Shown here in pieces: positions 62,420 through 64,000 of a stretch of 64,000 nt of DNA. The stretch lies in NCBI GenBank assembly GCA_037481815.1, contig JBBFKX010000002.1, positions 192,001 through 256,000 on the forward strand, in the 5' to 3' direction. The stretch is from a candidate division WOR-3 bacterium. Its GTDB lineage: Bacteria > Hydrothermota > 32-111. The translations under genes were made by a program, and so were the position numbers. The notes under the pieces were generated by a model. It was not told the DNA's origin. It searched no databases and saw nothing but the letters and a program-made list of their open reading frames with translations. Positions within the stretch are counted from its first letter, which is position 1, and each line of letters begins with the position of its first letter.

Positions 62420-63867
62420 TTTTCAGGTTTTAAAAGTGGAAAGAGAACGACATCCCTTATCGAATCCCTGTCAGTCAAAAGCATAACTGTTCTATCGATG
62501 CCGATTCCGACTCCACCAGTTGGAGGCATTCCATACATCAACGCTTCGATGTAATCCTCATCCATCACAAATGCTTCTACATCTCCAAGTTTCCTCTCCT
62601 CAATCTGTTTTAAAAATCTCTCTCTTTGATCTAAAGGATCATTGAGCTCTGAAAAGGAATTACCTATCTCCATTCCACATACGATCGCTTCGAACCTTTC
62701 AACAACTCCATCTTTTTCTCTATGTTTTCTTGCAAGAGGAGAAATTTCGATCGGATGGTTTATCACAAATGAAGGTTGAACTATTTTTTTCTGAACAAGT
62801 TCTGAAAAGAGTTCATCGAGAATTTTTCCAAAAGTTTTTTTACCTTCAATATCAACTTCAAATTTTTTCGCAACACTTTTTAACTTTTCAACAGATGCGC
62901 CTTTCAGATCCTCTCCAACCACATCGTTCAAAGAATCATAAAAATCGATACGTTTCCATGGTTTTTCAAACGATATTTCCTGATTCTGATAAACTATTTT
63001 TTTTTCAGGAACAAGTTTCAAAAACATATTCTCAACAAGTTCCATCATATCATTATAATCAGCATATGCCTGATAAAATTCAACCTGGGTGAACTCTGGA
63101 TTATGTGTCCTGTCTATTCCCTCATTTCTAAAATCTTTTGCAAACTCATAAACTCTGTTGATACCTCCAACGATCAACCTTTTCAGATAGAGTTCATTTG
63201 CTATTCTTAAATACAAAGTCATATCATGGGCGTTATGATGCGTTATAAAAGGTTGAGCAAAAGCGCCTCCATATATCGGCTGTAATATCGGAGTTTCAAC
63301 CTCTACAAAACCGTTTGAGTTTAAAAAATCTCTTATTCTGTTGATTATCTCGGTTCTTTTTAAGAAAACTTTTTTTGAATCATCGTTAACAATAAGATCA
63401 AGATATCTTTTCCTGTATCTTATCTCAATATCCTTCAAACCATGAAATTTTTCAGGTAAAGGTTTCAAAGCTTTTGAAAGTATTTCAACATCCTGAACAA
63501 AAATTGTCAACTCACCACTATGGGTTTTAAAAAGTTTTCCGGTAACTCCTATAATATCTCCTATATCATAAAATTTTACCTCATTGAATTTGTTTTCACC
63601 GATAACATCCTTTTTAATATAGAGTTGTATTCTATCGAGTTGATCTTTGATGTCCCAGAAGATAACTTTTCCATGTTTTCTTTCTGAAACTATTCTTCCT
63701 GCGATTTTTATCTGAAGATCTTTATCAAGAAAATCATCCTGTTTTTCTATGAGTTCTTTAATAGTATGGGTGAATTCAAAATTATACTTATAACATTCAA
63801 CATTCATCTTTTTAAGGTTTTCAAGATTCTCCAGCATCTGTTTTTCAAGAATGTTCATCTCATCCAT
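62416..63867 (-). CDS. lysS: Lysyl-tRNA synthetase (class II)
   Basis: [40 protein letters not shown]. Confidence 0.97.
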   Translation of the reverse strand: MDEMNILEKQMLENLENLKKMNVECYKYNFEFTHTIKELIEKQDDFLDKDLQIKIAGRIVSERKHGKVIFWDIKDQLDRIQLYIKKDVIGENKFNEVKFYDIGDIIGVTGKLFKTHSGELTIFVQDVEILSKALKPLPEKFHGLKDIEIRYRKRYLDLIVNDDSKKVFLKRTEIINRIRDFLNSNGFVEVETPILQPIYGGAFAQPFITHHNAHDMTLYLRIANELYLKRLIVGGINRVYEFAKDFRNEGIDRTHNPEFTQVEFYQAYADYNDMMELVENMFLKLVPEKKIVYQNQEISFEKPWKRIDFYDSLNDVVGEDLKGASVEKLKSVAKKFEVDIEGKKTFGKILDELFSELVQKKIVQPSFVINHPIEISPLARKHREKDGVVERFEAIVCGMEIGNSFSELNDPLDQRERFLKQIEERKLGDVEAFVMDEDYIEALMYGMPPTGGVGIGIDRTVMLLTDRDSIRDVVLFPLLKPEK

Positions 63868-64000
63868 TTTCTCTCCTCTCTTTTGCTTTCATTATAAGAT
63901 ACTCTTTTATAAACCTTTCAAGGTTTCCATCAAGAACATCATCAACATCACTCGTCTCATATCTTGTCCTTAAATCCTTTATCATTTTATAAGGATACAG
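63860..64000 (-). CDS. prfB: Peptide chain release factor 2, C-terminal fragment
   Basis: Manual translation [35 protein letters not shown]...NG*; prfB-lysS synteny. Confidence 0.88.
   Translation of the reverse strand: MYPYKMIKDLRTRYETSDVDDVLDGNLERFIKEYLIMKAKERRENG

Overview
AT-rich, gene-dense bacterial chromosomal segment; only 4 genes lie on the + strand. It contains an FMN riboswitch-ribDE(BA)H-nusB operon, a c-di-GMP cluster (membrane diguanylate cyclase, REC/degenerate HD-GYP protein, giant PAS/GAF kinase), tRNA-Leu-tig-clpPX-lon-ktrBA and grpE-dnaKJ-rsmE-hinT. It also holds a ClpC-like ATPase, a Myxococcus/Geobacter-like type IVa pilus locus (2x pilB, pilT, pilC, pilS, pilR, 2 pilins, pilH/I/G-like ABC module, pilD), pyrG, cmk-plsC-ispH-rpsA and prfB'-lysS-lolCE-lolD. 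Two secreted proteins with T9SS-type C-terminal domains, plus the relic of a third, suggest a diderm near the FCB group, such as WOR-3/TA06 (inference). Most notable: (1) a possible pilin-sensing c-di-GMP circuit (DGC with a PilS-like membrane domain; one PilB with an intact MshEN motif, one degenerate); (2) a duplicated sigma54 promoter plus an identical 19-bp palindrome at the same spacing before both pilins; (3) sigma70 promoters with a 16-bp spacer, several apparently leaderless; (4) a loop-deleted, probably CC-adding tRNA nucleotidyltransferase. No CRISPR array or mobile element was seen. All calls are from motif reading by eye; no searches were run.
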